Translations under genes and position numbers: made by a program
Shown: piece by piece, positions 20,786 to 32,539 of the stretch
How positions within the stretch are numbered: the first letter of the stretch is position 1
Layout of the letters: each line of letters opens with the position of its first letter
Assembly: GCA_964511105.1 (NCBI GenBank)
Contig: CAZEEC010000001.1
Coordinates: forward strand, 11,358-75,357
Source: an uncultured Mesorhizobium sp.
GTDB taxonomy: Bacteria; Pseudomonadota; Alphaproteobacteria; Rhizobiales; Rhizobiaceae
DNA: 64,000 nt
Direction: 5' to 3'
Notes under the pieces: generated by a model
The model's database searches: none
What the model saw: the letters and a program-made list of their open reading frames with translations, nothing else
What the model was told of the DNA's origin: nothing

Positions 20786-22975
20786 ATGATCGATTCCTCC
20801 CCTCCTGCCCATCGCAAGGTCGTGCCGGTGCTTGTGCCCGTGCCAGCGGAGCGGCCGTATTCGTATGCGGTTCCGGACGGCATGGATGTGGTGCCAGGAT
20901 CGATCGTGCGCGTCCCACTAGGACCACGGCAGGTGGCCGGCATCGTTTGGGATGGCGCTGGCGGTCCTGTCGACGCGAAGAAATTGCGCCCCATCGAGAT
21001 CGTTTTCGACTGCCCGCCAATCGGCACGGAGTTGCGTCGCTTCGTAGACTGGGTCGCCGGCTATACTTTGTCGCCGCCTGGCATGGTCGCGCGGATGCTG
21101 CTACGCGCGCCGGCCGCCTTCGATCCCGAACCATTGATCGACGGACTGGTGCTTTCAGGGCGTGAGCCAGACCGGATGACGAATGCGCGCAGACGCGTGC
21201 TCGAAACGGCTTCGGACGGATTTGCCTGGACGCGGTCCGGCCTGGCGCGGGCTGCCGGCACGTCCTTGACCGTGATCGACGGGCTCAAGGCGCAAGGGGT
21301 GTTCGATCATGTGATGATCGCGCCAAGCCCGCTGGTCGCGGCACCCGATCCCGACTATGCGCAGGCAGACCTGATGCCCGAACAGGCGCGAGCCGCCGCC
21401 CATTTGCGCGCCAAGGTGATGGGCGGCGGGTTTTCGACGGCGCTGCTCGACGGCGTAACCGGCTCGGGTAAGACGGAGGTCTATTTCGAGGCGATCGCAC
21501 AAGCCGTGCAGGCGGGCAAGCAGGTGCTTGTGCTGGTGCCGGAAATCGCGCTGACCGCCGCATTTCTGGAACGCTTCCAGGACCGGTTCGGCGCCAAGCC
21601 GGCTGAATGGCATTCGGATCTGGCGCCACGCACGCGCGAACGCGTGTGGCGGCAGGTGGCGGAGGGGCGCGTCCGCGTCGTCGCCGGGGCGCGTTCGGCG
21701 CTCTTCCTGCCGTTCAAGAAACTCGGTTTGATCGTCGTCGACGAGGAGCATGATCCCGCGTACAAGCAGGAGGACCGCGTCTACTACAACGCCCGCGATA
21801 TGGCGGTGGTGCGCGGCCATATCGGGCAGTTCCCTGTCGTCCTGGCATCGGCGACGCCGTCGGTCGAATCGCGGGTCAATGCCAGCCAGGGGCGCTATGC
21901 CCGCGAAGTTCTGGCAGGGCGGTATGCCGAGGCTGCGCTGCCCGATATTCGTGCCATCGACATGCGCCGCCAGCCGCCGGCGCGCGGCGGCTTCCTGTCG
22001 CCGGTACTGATCGAAGCCGCGCGCAAGACGGTCGAGAGAGGCGAGCAGGTCCTGCTCTTCCTTAATCGGCGCGGTTATGCGCCGCTCACCCTTTGCCGCG
22101 TCTGCGGGCATCGCTTCCAGTGTCCTTCCTGTTCGAGCTGGCTTGTCGAACATCGGTTCCGCGGCCAATTGATGTGCCATCATTGCGGTCACGCCGAGCC
22201 ACGGCCGGAGGCCTGCCCATCCTGCGGCACGCTTGACCATCTGGTGCCCTGCGGGCCCGGCGTGGAACGCATCGCCGAGGAAGTCGTATCGCATTTTCCT
22301 AACCAGCGGGTGATCGTCCTTTCTTCCGACATGCTCGGGGGCGTGAAGCGGCTGAGGCTGGAACTCGAGGCCATCGCCAAGGGTGAGGCCGACATCGTGA
22401 TCGGGACGCAACTGGTCGCCAAGGGCCATAATTTTCCGACTATGACGCTGGTCGGCGTTGTCGATGCCGATCTCGGGCTTGCCAATGGCGATCCGCGGGC
22501 GGCCGAGCGCACTTTCCAACTTCTTTCGCAGGTGACGGGTCGCGCCGGCCGCACCGGCAGGAAGAGCGCCGGCCTGCTGCAGACGTTCCAGCCGGATCAC
22601 CCGGTCATGCGCGCCCTCGTCTCGGGCGACGCCGAGGCCTTTTATGAACGCGAGATCGCGGAGCGCGAGCGCGGGCGTCTGCCGCCCTTCGGCCGGCTCG
22701 CAGGCATCATCGTCAGCGCCGCGACACGTGCGGAAGCCGAAGGTCATGCGCGCGGGCTGCGACAGGCGGCCGGGTCCTCGGATCAAATCATGGTTCTTGG
22801 ACCAGCCGAGGCACCGATGGCCCTGGTCGCAGGCCGGTATCGATTTCGTCTGCTCGTTCATGCGGAACGAAAGGCTGACATCCAGGACTATATCCGAGCG
22901 ATGCTCGCAAGCGGACCAAAGGAACGCGGCTCGGTGCGCGTCCATGTCGATATCGACCCGCAGAGTTTTTTGTAG
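20786..22975 (+). CDS. priA: Primosomal protein N'
   Basis: GVTGSGKT, DEEH, Cys-rich Zn clusters, QVTGRAGR, DIDPQSFL. Confidence 0.97.
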   Translation: MIDSSPPAHRKVVPVLVPVPAERPYSYAVPDGMDVVPGSIVRVPLGPRQVAGIVWDGAGGPVDAKKLRPIEIVFDCPPIGTELRRFVDWVAGYTLSPPGMVARMLLRAPAAFDPEPLIDGLVLSGREPDRMTNARRRVLETASDGFAWTRSGLARAAGTSLTVIDGLKAQGVFDHVMIAPSPLVAAPDPDYAQADLMPEQARAAAHLRAKVMGGGFSTALLDGVTGSGKTEVYFEAIAQAVQAGKQVLVLVPEIALTAAFLERFQDRFGAKPAEWHSDLAPRTRERVWRQVAEGRVRVVAGARSALFLPFKKLGLIVVDEEHDPAYKQEDRVYYNARDMAVVRGHIGQFPVVLASATPSVESRVNASQGRYAREVLAGRYAEAALPDIRAIDMRRQPPARGGFLSPVLIEAARKTVERGEQVLLFLNRRGYAPLTLCRVCGHRFQCPSCSSWLVEHRFRGQLMCHHCGHAEPRPEACPSCGTLDHLVPCGPGVERIAEEVVSHFPNQRVIVLSSDMLGGVKRLRLELEAIAKGEADIVIGTQLVAKGHNFPTMTLVGVVDADLGLANGDPRAAERTFQLLSQVTGRAGRTGRKSAGLLQTFQPDHPVMRALVSGDAEAFYEREIAERERGRLPPFGRLAGIIVSAATRAEAEGHARGLRQAAGSSDQIMVLGPAEAPMALVAGRYRFRLLVHAERKADIQDYIRAMLASGPKERGSVRVHVDIDPQSFL

Positions 22976-23030
22976 TCTCAGTCGAAATCCGGACTAATAT
23001 CGCGCGCAATTCGGGGATCAAGGAGACATC

Positions 23031-23426
23031 GTGGAACTGTCATTTCCGTGGCCATATTCGCTCGGCGAGTGGCTGGCGTGGTCGTCGGCGGCGATCACCG
23101 TCCTGTTCGGCTTGCTGGCGCTGTTCGCGCCGCGCCTGTCCCTGCGCATCTTGCGATTGCAGACGGCGCCGAACCATCCCGAGGCGCTCGCTGAATCACG
23201 GGCGACCATGTCAGGCTTTTATCTCGGCGTGGGGCTGTGCTGCATCCTCCTTGCTCAGCCGCTTCTTTATCTGGCGCTCGGCGCTTCATGGGCGCTGACG
23301 GCCTTTGGGCGCATCGTTTCGATGCTGTCCGACCGCGGCAACACCGTCTATAACTGGCTCGTCCTGACGATCGAGATCGTGCTGGCGGGACTGCCGCTCG
23401 CCTTTGCTTTCGGCTTCGTCGGCTGA
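23031..23426 (+). CDS. DUF4345-like small membrane protein
   Basis: Four hydrophobic helices, ESRATMSGFYLG; AAGGAG SD; usual position between priA and atpH. Confidence 0.7.
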   Translation: MELSFPWPYSLGEWLAWSSAAITVLFGLLALFAPRLSLRILRLQTAPNHPEALAESRATMSGFYLGVGLCCILLAQPLLYLALGASWALTAFGRIVSMLSDRGNTVYNWLVLTIEIVLAGLPLAFAFGFVG

Positions 23427-23635
23427 ACCCGCCTAACTGCGACAAAACAGCCAAAAGCCGCCCGGCAAGGCGTGTTGCGAGTCCGGAAAGCCTGTGCTAG
23501 ACGGCAGTCGACTTTTGGCTGGGGGCTGCGGCTTGCTCGCGCCTTCCGGGAAATTTTCAACGAGGTCGGGAATTTAACCGGTCTACAGCCGGCGCACGAA
23601 TTCGCTGCCTTCCAGATGAAGAGAAAACACGTTTC

Positions 23636-24196
23636 GTGGCACAGTCTGGCTCGATGATCTCAGGTGTATCGCAGCGCTATGCGCGTTCGCTGTTCGAACT
23701 GGCGAAGGATGAGAATTCCGTCGCCGAAACCGAAAAGGAACTCGGTCGCTTCGCTACCATGCTTGACGAGAGCGACGACCTGAAGCGTCTCGTCTCAAGC
23801 CCGGTCTTTTCGGCCGAGGATCAGCTTCGCGCGATTTCTGCGGTTATTGACAAGGCCGGGATCAAGGGCCTGGTCGGTAATTTCCTGCGCGTCGTGGCGC
23901 AGAACCGTCGTCTGTTCGCGGTTCCCGGCATGATCGCTTCGTTCCGTGAAATCGCTGCCGATGCGCGCGGCGAGGTCACGGCAGACGTCACCTCCGCGCA
24001 CGCTCTGTCGAGTGACCAGGAACACGAACTCAAGGCAACGCTGAAAAGCGTCGCCGGCAGGGACGTGACAATCAATCTGACCCTCGATCCGACGATCCTC
24101 GGCGGACTCGTCGTCAAGATGGGGTCGCGCCAGATCGACACGTCGCTCAAGACTAAACTCAATTCGCTCAAGCTTGCACTGAAAGAGGTCGGCTGA
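23636..24196 (+). CDS. atpH: ATP synthase F1 subunit delta
   Basis: [10 protein letters not shown]...[22 protein letters not shown]. Confidence 0.95.
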   Translation: MAQSGSMISGVSQRYARSLFELAKDENSVAETEKELGRFATMLDESDDLKRLVSSPVFSAEDQLRAISAVIDKAGIKGLVGNFLRVVAQNRRLFAVPGMIASFREIAADARGEVTADVTSAHALSSDQEHELKATLKSVAGRDVTINLTLDPTILGGLVVKMGSRQIDTSLKTKLNSLKLALKEVG

Positions 24197-25725
24197 TGGA
24201 CATCCGCGCCGCGGAAATCTCCGCAATTCTCAAGGACCAAATCAAGAATTTCGGCCGCGAGGCCGAGGTCTCCGAAGTCGGTCAGGTTCTCTCCGTCGGC
24301 GACGGCATTGCGCGCGTCTATGGTCTGGACAACGTTCAGGCCGGCGAGATGGTCGAATTCCCGGGCGGCATCCGCGGCATGGCGCTCAATCTGGAAGAAG
24401 ACAATGTCGGCGTCGTCATCTTCGGCGCGGACCGCGACATCAAGGAAGGTGATACGGTCAAGCGCACAGGCGCGATCGTGGACGTTCCCGTTGGCCCCGG
24501 CCTGCTCGGCCGCGTCGTCGACGCCCTTGGCAACCCGATCGACGGCAAGGGCCCGATCGAAGCCGTCGAGCGCAAGCGAGTCGACGTCAAGGCACCGGGC
24601 ATCATCCCCCGCAAATCGGTTCATGAGCCGATGTCGACGGGCCTCAAGGCCATCGACGCGCTCATCCCGGTGGGCCGCGGTCAACGTGAGTTGATCATCG
24701 GCGACCGCCAGACCGGCAAGACCGCCATTATTCTCGATACGATCCTCAACCAGAAGTCGCTTAACGAGGGCGACGACGAGAGCCAGAAGCTCTATTGCGT
24801 TTATGTCGCGATCGGGCAGAAGCGTTCAACGGTCGCCCAGCTCGTCAAGGTTCTCGAAGAGCGCGGTGCGCTCGAATATTCGATCATTGTCGCCGCCACG
24901 GCGTCCGACCCGGCCCCGATGCAGTACCTGGCGCCGATGGCCGGCTGCACGATGGCCGAGTATTTCCGTGACAATGGCAAGCACGCGCTGATCGCCTATG
25001 ACGACTTGTCCAAGCAGGCCGTCGCCTATCGGCAGATGTCGCTTCTCCTGCGTCGCCCGCCCGGGCGCGAAGCCTATCCGGGCGACGTCTTCTATCTGCA
25101 TTCGCGTCTTCTCGAGCGTTCCGCTAAGATGAGCGACGAGATGGGTTCCGGCTCGCTGACCGCGCTCCCGGTCATCGAGACACAGGCCAATGACGTGTCC
25201 GCCTACATCCCGACCAACGTCATCTCGATCACCGACGGCCAGATATTCCTGGAGACGAACCTCTTCTTCCAGGGTATTCGTCCGGCCGTGAACGTCGGCC
25301 TATCGGTCTCGCGTGTCGGCTCGGCTGCGCAGATCAAGGCGATGAAGCAGGTCGCCGGTTCGATCAAGGGCGAGCTTGCGCAGTATCGCGAAATGGCTGC
25401 CTTTGCGCAGTTCGGCTCGGATCTCGATGCGTCGACGCAGCGTCTGCTTAACCGGGGCGCCCGTTTGACGGAGCTTTTGAAGCAGCCACAATTTTCGCCG
25501 CTCAAGACCGAAGAGCAGGTCGCGGTGATCTTTGCGGGCGTCCAGGGCTATCTCGACAAGATCGCCGTCGGCGATGTCGGTACATTCGAGCAGGGCTTGC
25601 TGACGCATATGCGCTCGGCCGGCAAGGACGTGCTCGACCAGATCCGCACCGAGAAGGCACTTTCCGACGACCTGCGCGGAAAGCTCACGGCAGAGATCGA
25701 CAAGTTTGCCAAGTCCTTCGCCTGA
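24196..25725 (+). CDS. atpA: ATP synthase F1 subunit alpha
   Basis: [29 protein letters not shown]. Confidence 0.98.
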   Translation: MDIRAAEISAILKDQIKNFGREAEVSEVGQVLSVGDGIARVYGLDNVQAGEMVEFPGGIRGMALNLEEDNVGVVIFGADRDIKEGDTVKRTGAIVDVPVGPGLLGRVVDALGNPIDGKGPIEAVERKRVDVKAPGIIPRKSVHEPMSTGLKAIDALIPVGRGQRELIIGDRQTGKTAIILDTILNQKSLNEGDDESQKLYCVYVAIGQKRSTVAQLVKVLEERGALEYSIIVAATASDPAPMQYLAPMAGCTMAEYFRDNGKHALIAYDDLSKQAVAYRQMSLLLRRPPGREAYPGDVFYLHSRLLERSAKMSDEMGSGSLTALPVIETQANDVSAYIPTNVISITDGQIFLETNLFFQGIRPAVNVGLSVSRVGSAAQIKAMKQVAGSIKGELAQYREMAAFAQFGSDLDASTQRLLNRGARLTELLKQPQFSPLKTEEQVAVIFAGVQGYLDKIAVGDVGTFEQGLLTHMRSAGKDVLDQIRTEKALSDDLRGKLTAEIDKFAKSFA

Positions 25726-25757
25726 GGCCTGAACGAACGGAAAGTTGAGTTTGCCGC

Positions 25758-26645
25758 ATGGCTTCCCTGAAAGACCTTCGCAACCGCATCGCCTCTGTCA
25801 AGGCGACGCAGAAGATCACCAAAGCGATGCAGATGGTCGCCGCGGCGAAACTGCGTCGCGCCCAGGAGGCGGCGGAGGCCGCGCGTCCCTATTCCGAGCG
25901 CATGGGTGCCGTTCTGGCCAACATCGCTTCCGCGGTGGATGCGGCGGATGCGCCGCCGTTAATGACTGGTACCGGCAAGGATGATGTGCACCTGCTCATC
26001 GTGGCGACGGCGGAGCGCGGCCTGTGCGGCGGCTTCAACAGCCAGATTTCGCGTCTTGCCCGCGAGCATACGCGCCAGCTTCTGGCAGCCGGCAAAACGG
26101 TCAAGATCATCACGGTCGGCAAGAAGGGATACGATATTCTCCGGCGCGACTTCGCATCTTTGATCATCGAGCGGATCGAACTGCGCGATGTCAAGCAGGT
26201 CGGATTTGGAAACGCCGACCAGATCGGCCGCAAGGTGATCCAGCTTTTCAACCAGGGTGAGTTCGACGTCGCGACGCTGTTTTACTCCCAGTTCAAGTCG
26301 GTGATCAGCCAGGTTCCAACGGCGCAGCAACTCATTCCGGCATCGGCACCGGCCGCACCGGACCAGTCCGTCGATTCGTCCGGCGGGACCGCGATTTACG
26401 AGTATGAGCCGGACGCGAATGAAATTCTGGGCGATCTCATTCCGCGGAACATTTCGGTGCAGATCTTCCGGGCGTTGCTCGAGAATGCCGCCGGTGAGAT
26501 GGGCGCCAAGATGACGGCCATGGATAATGCGACGCGCAATGCCGGTGACATGATCGACAAGCTTTCGATCACCTATAACCGTCAGCGCCAGGCGCAGATC
26601 ACCAAGGAACTGATCGAAATCATCTCCGGCGCCGAAGCGCTGTAA
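25758..26645 (+). CDS. atpG: ATP synthase F1 subunit gamma
   Basis: [29 protein letters not shown]. Confidence 0.98.
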   Translation: MASLKDLRNRIASVKATQKITKAMQMVAAAKLRRAQEAAEAARPYSERMGAVLANIASAVDAADAPPLMTGTGKDDVHLLIVATAERGLCGGFNSQISRLAREHTRQLLAAGKTVKIITVGKKGYDILRRDFASLIIERIELRDVKQVGFGNADQIGRKVIQLFNQGEFDVATLFYSQFKSVISQVPTAQQLIPASAPAAPDQSVDSSGGTAIYEYEPDANEILGDLIPRNISVQIFRALLENAAGEMGAKMTAMDNATRNAGDMIDKLSITYNRQRQAQITKELIEIISGAEAL

Positions 26646-28127
<1,482 letters not shown>

Positions 28128-28135
28128 GGCAGGGA

Positions 28136-28231
28136 CGGCAATCGGCAATCGATAACAGGGAGAAGGCAGTCGTTCGGTTGGGTGAATGTGCAGTTGTCTT
28201 CAACTGCCGACTGCCGTTTTGCCGATTGCCG
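28136..28231. repeat. Nested inverted-repeat element between atpD and atpC
   Basis: CGGCAATCGGCAA (28136-28148) / TTGCCGATTGCCG (28219-28231); GGCAGTCG / CGACTGCC; GCAGTTG-TCTT-CAACTGC. Confidence 0.75.
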
Positions 28232-28239
28232 AATTTAGG

Positions 28240-28638
28240 ATGGCGCAATCTTTCAAGTTCGAACTCGTTTCTCCGGAGCGGCTTCTCGTGTCAGAAGAGG
28301 TCGAGGCTGTCGTGATTCCCGGCACCGAGGGTGAATTGACCGTCATGGCAAATCATGCCCCGGCGATGACGACGATTAAGCCGGGCGTCTTGCGCGTTCA
28401 GTTCGGCGGCGGGCGCGAAGACCGGTACGTCGTCTTCGGCGGCTTCGCCGACATTCTGCCGGAAGGCTGCACCCTTCTTGCTGAATCGGCCATTTCGGTT
28501 GCTGAGGTCGATAAGAACGATATCCAGCAGCGCATTCAAGATGCGCGCGAGGATTTGAGCGACGCCAAGGACGACGAGGGCCGTTCCCGGGCAGAGCAGC
28601 TCATCGCGCAGCTTTCGACTTTGCAAGACGCTGTCTGA
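28240..28638 (+). CDS. atpC: ATP synthase F1 subunit epsilon
   Basis: FELVSPERLL, PGTEGELTVMANHAP, GGFADI. Confidence 0.95.
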   Translation: MAQSFKFELVSPERLLVSEEVEAVVIPGTEGELTVMANHAPAMTTIKPGVLRVQFGGGREDRYVVFGGFADILPEGCTLLAESAISVAEVDKNDIQQRIQDAREDLSDAKDDEGRSRAEQLIAQLSTLQDAV

Positions 28639-28671
28639 CGTTCTTGCCGATTACGGCACTGAGGGATTAAC

Positions 28672-28694
28672 GGCGGGCGAAAGCCCGCCTTTTT
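28672..28694 (+). terminator. Rho-independent terminator of the atp operon
   Basis: GGCGGGC-GAAA-GCCCGCC-TTTTT. Confidence 0.85.
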
Positions 28695-28728
28695 CGTATG
28701 GGGGCCACACAGGCTGATCAACGAATGT

Positions 28729-29916
28729 TCAGCCCAGTGTCGTGGCCGGCGGTGTGGCATAGGGTGAGTCCGGTGGAACCGTTTCGGCGACAGGTTCGGC
28801 CAGTTCCACCTCGCGCACCCATTCGCGCCAGATCGCGACCAGCAGCGCCATCAGCACCGGACCGATGAACAGGCCAAGGAAGCCCATCGTCTTGACGCCG
28901 CCGATCAATCCAAAAAAGGTCGGCAGGAAGGGAAGCTTGATCGGCCCGCCGACCAGCTTCGGGCGCAGCGTCTTGTCGACGATGAAAAGTTCCACCGAGC
29001 CCCAGATCCACAAGGCGATGCCCGCCAGCGGTGAACCGCTGGCGATGAGATAGATCGAAACGAGGCTGAACGAGAGCGGCGCTCCGCCTGGAATGAGCGC
29101 CATGATGCCGGTGATGACGCCCAGCGTGACGGGCGATGGCGCCCCCGCGATCCAATAGGCGACGCCCAGCACGATACCCTCGCCGATGGCGATCAGCGTC
29201 ATGCCGGTGACGGTCGAGGAAATGGTCGCGGGAACGACGCGGGAAATGCGGCCCCAACGGTTCGGCAGGATCCGCTCGCCTACTCGGTCGACCTGCCCGA
29301 TGAAGCGCTCTCCATCCTTGTAAACGAAGAAGAGTGCGATAAGCATGAACAGCAGGGTCAGGAACAAGTCGAACAGACCGCCGCCGGCTGCCAGTGCCGC
29401 GCGATAGATATTTCCGATATTGGCGCCGCTGATGAGTTGGACGAGTTCGCCAATGGCGCCCGGATGTCCAACATACTCCACCCATCGCTCATCCAACCAG
29501 GATCCTATAGCAGGCAGTGCGGCGATCCAATCCGGCGTCGGACTGCCGGTCCGGTTGGCCTCCACCGCCCAAAAGAACCACTCGCGAACTTCGTTGAGCG
29601 CGTAGCTGACCGCCAGGATCAAGGGCACGACGAGGAATGTGAGGATGAATGTGATGGCCATGGTGGCGGCGAGGGTATTCGAGCCGCCGATCCGGTCGCG
29701 CATTCTGCGGTAAAGCGGCCAGCTTGCGAAGGCGATCACCAGGGCTGCAAGAATTGGAACAAGAAAGCCGTGGAAGAAGTAGATGCCGGCGGCAACGACG
29801 AGCACCAAAAGCCATCGCGCGGCTGACAAAGGGGGCACGAGCGCGATTCGTGCAGATGTGGTCGGCCCGAGCCAGCGCGGTTCGACCGAGGCTCGTTGCG
29901 GATGGTGTTCGTTCAC
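28729..29916 (-). CDS. AI-2E (PerM) family transporter
   Basis: Multi-TM protein; DKTLRPKLVGG and GFLGLFIGPVLMAL motifs. Confidence 0.9.
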   Translation of the reverse strand: MNEHHPQRASVEPRWLGPTTSARIALVPPLSAARWLLVLVVAAGIYFFHGFLVPILAALVIAFASWPLYRRMRDRIGGSNTLAATMAITFILTFLVVPLILAVSYALNEVREWFFWAVEANRTGSPTPDWIAALPAIGSWLDERWVEYVGHPGAIGELVQLISGANIGNIYRAALAAGGGLFDLFLTLLFMLIALFFVYKDGERFIGQVDRVGERILPNRWGRISRVVPATISSTVTGMTLIAIGEGIVLGVAYWIAGAPSPVTLGVITGIMALIPGGAPLSFSLVSIYLIASGSPLAGIALWIWGSVELFIVDKTLRPKLVGGPIKLPFLPTFFGLIGGVKTMGFLGLFIGPVLMALLVAIWREWVREVELAEPVAETVPPDSPYATPPATTLG

Positions 29917-30162
29917 AGGTGTTCCATCGGCTGCAATTCTTCAGCGGATGCCATGCTGGCAGGTCAGCAAGGCATTGTTTTGACGCGCCGGTCAAGAGTT
30001 GCTCATTTCGCATTTGCATGACCAAAACAAGACGCTGTTTCTCAAAGGGTGGTAAATGGCCACGGCTTTGGGGCCCGTGCTTGGCCTTGCACTTTGCGAA
30101 GGGCAATGCTGAACTTCCAACCTCGCCAGCCTCTACCGCTTTTTGCAGATGAGACCCTTCGC

Positions 30163-31293
30163 ATGATCCTGACTGACGAACAAACCATGATCCAGGAGAC
30201 CGCTCGCGCCTTCGCGCGGGAGGTGCTCGCGCCCGGTGCTGCGCAGCGCGACCGCGATCGAACGATCGAGCCGGACATCATCAAGGGGCTGGCCGACCTC
30301 GGCTTCATGGGCATGACCGTTCCAGAGGAAGAGGGCGGCGTTGGTGCCGATTACGTATCCTACGCTTTGGCGCTGATGGAGGTTGCGGCCGGCGACGGCG
30401 CGATCTCGACCGTGATGAGTGTACACAACGCACCGTTCAACGCCATTTTGCAGCGCTATGGAACGCCTGAGCAAAAGGAACGCGTCTTGCGCCCCGCTGC
30501 AGCCGGCGCTTTCATTGGCGCCTTTGCGCTGACGGAAGCCGAAGCCGGCTCGGACGCGGGAGCGCTCAAATCCAGTGCCAGGAAAATTGGCGATCGTTAC
30601 ATCATCAATGGTTCGAAGGAATTCATTACCTCCGGCAAGATCGGCGGCTACGCCATCGTCTTCGCCCGCATGGAAAGCTCAGCTCCCAAGGGCGGCATTA
30701 CGGCCTTTCTGACGCCAACGCACGCGACTGGTTACGTAGTCGCCAAGGTAGAGGACAAACTTGGCCAGCGCTGCTCCGATACTTGTTCCCTGCGCTTAGA
30801 GAATCTGGAGGTGGGTGAGGACAACCGGATTGGCGGAGAGGGCGAAGGCTATCGCATTGCACTGTCCAGTCTCGAGACCGGGCGGATCGGCATCGCGGCG
30901 CAATCAGTCGGGATGGCGCAGGCCGCTTTCGATCACGCCGTGGCTTATGCCAAGGAGCGCCGCTCATTCGGCAAGACGCTGGTCGAACATCAGGCGATCG
31001 CCTTCAGATTGGCGGACATGCGCACTCAATTGGAAGCCGGCCGCCAACTCGTGTTGAACGCCGCCCGCATGAAAGATGCCGGGCTACCCTGTCTGACCGA
31101 AGCGGCGATCGCAAAGCTCTATGCTTCCGAGGCGGCCGAACGGGTCGTGTCCAGCGCCCTGCAGATATTCGGCGGCTATGGCTACATTTCGGATCTGCCG
31201 CTCGAACGCATCTATCGCGATGTGCGGGTCTGCCAGATCTATGAAGGCACGTCCGACATCCAGAAGATCATCATCACGCGCTCCTTTACCTAG
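30163..31293 (+). CDS. Acyl-CoA dehydrogenase
   Basis: FALTEAEAGSD, GRIGIAAQSVG, QIFGGYGY, RVCQIYEGTSDIQ. Confidence 0.93.
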   Translation: MILTDEQTMIQETARAFAREVLAPGAAQRDRDRTIEPDIIKGLADLGFMGMTVPEEEGGVGADYVSYALALMEVAAGDGAISTVMSVHNAPFNAILQRYGTPEQKERVLRPAAAGAFIGAFALTEAEAGSDAGALKSSARKIGDRYIINGSKEFITSGKIGGYAIVFARMESSAPKGGITAFLTPTHATGYVVAKVEDKLGQRCSDTCSLRLENLEVGEDNRIGGEGEGYRIALSSLETGRIGIAAQSVGMAQAAFDHAVAYAKERRSFGKTLVEHQAIAFRLADMRTQLEAGRQLVLNAARMKDAGLPCLTEAAIAKLYASEAAERVVSSALQIFGGYGYISDLPLERIYRDVRVCQIYEGTSDIQKIIITRSFT

Positions 31294-31296
31294 CTT

Positions 31297-32337
31297 CTAC
31301 TGAAGCGTTCGCGCATGCGCCGCGCCATCATGACGAGCATGCTCGGGGCCGAGGGACGACCTGACCATCCCTGCCGGGTCGTCCAACCCCGCTGCCACGA
31401 CCGACACCCGGAACGTTCCCTGCAGCGTCTTGTCGAAGATGGCGCCGACGATGATGTCGGCCTCGTCGAGGACTTCTTCTCGAATCCGGGTCGCCGCTTC
31501 GTCGACTTCGAACAATGTCATGTCCATCCCGCCGGATATGGACACGAGAACGCCCTTGGCGCCGCTCATCGACGCCTCATCGAGAAGCGGATTGGCAATC
31601 GCGGCTTCCGCCGCCTTGAGCGCGCGACCGTCGCCGGTCGCTTCACCCGTCCCCATCATCGCCCGGCCCATGTCCTTCATTACCGATTTCACGTCGGCGA
31701 AGTCGAGATTGATCAGCCCTTCCTTGACGATCAGGTCGGTGATGCAGCCGACGCCCGAATAAAGAACGCGGTCGGCGATGACGAACGCGTCGGCGAATGT
31801 GGTTTTGGCATCGGCGATACGGAACAGGTTCTGGTTGGGGATCACGATGACGGTGTCGGCGCTTTGGCGCAGCCGCGCAATGCCTTCATCAGCCATGGTC
31901 ATGCGCCGATTGCCTTCAAACGTGAAGGGCTTGGTGACCACGGCAACAGTTAGAATGCCTGCATTGTGCGCCGCCTGGGCAATGACCGGGGCGGCTCCCG
32001 TGCCCGTGCCGCCGCCCATGCCAGCTGTAACGAAGCACATATGGGTTCCCGACAGATGGTCCATGATCTCATCGATCGATTCTTCGGCTGCCGCACGGCC
32101 GATGTCAGGCAGCGAACCAGCACCTAGGCCTTCGGTGACATGCGTGCCCAACTGGATCAGCCTTGATGCCTTGGACATCGCCAATGCCTGGGCATCGGTG
32201 TTGGCGACAATGAATTCGGCGCCCTCGAGCTTCTCGTTAATCATGTTGTTGACGGCATTTCCGCCGCCGCCGCCAACGCCGATGACGGTTATTTTCGGCC
32301 GCATCTCGCGGATGTCGGGCTTTTTGGCATCGGTCAT
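31297..32337 (-). CDS. ftsZ: Short second FtsZ paralog (346 aa) outside the dcw cluster
   Basis: [27 protein letters not shown] and NLDFAD motifs; no long linker or DIPxFL-type C-terminal peptide; GGGAGAG SD before ATG 32337. Confidence 0.93.
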   Translation of the reverse strand: MTDAKKPDIREMRPKITVIGVGGGGGNAVNNMINEKLEGAEFIVANTDAQALAMSKASRLIQLGTHVTEGLGAGSLPDIGRAAAEESIDEIMDHLSGTHMCFVTAGMGGGTGTGAAPVIAQAAHNAGILTVAVVTKPFTFEGNRRMTMADEGIARLRQSADTVIVIPNQNLFRIADAKTTFADAFVIADRVLYSGVGCITDLIVKEGLINLDFADVKSVMKDMGRAMMGTGEATGDGRALKAAEAAIANPLLDEASMSGAKGVLVSISGGMDMTLFEVDEAATRIREEVLDEADIIVGAIFDKTLQGTFRVSVVAAGLDDPAGMVRSSLGPEHARHDGAAHARTLQ

Positions 32338-32539
32338 GACGTCTCTCCCTCGGCAGCCGCCTACAGAAAATCGCACCTGCGAATCAGGCTGCGCTGGCAT
32401 CTGTCCTAAAGTGCAGAGACTGGCGACTGCTGCAAGTCTCTCCCACACCGGGCCTGATCCCGCCGAGACGCGGCTATACATCCCCCAAGCGAAAACATAG
32501 TGTTCCCCGGTCCCATCAAGAATCAAGCAAAGGTCGATC

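Noticed and set aside
29980-29995. TTGAC-N6-GTCAA palindrome as an FNR/FixK box
   Set aside because: Spacing is 2 nt longer than TTGAT-N4-ATCAA; may be another operator but cannot be assigned.
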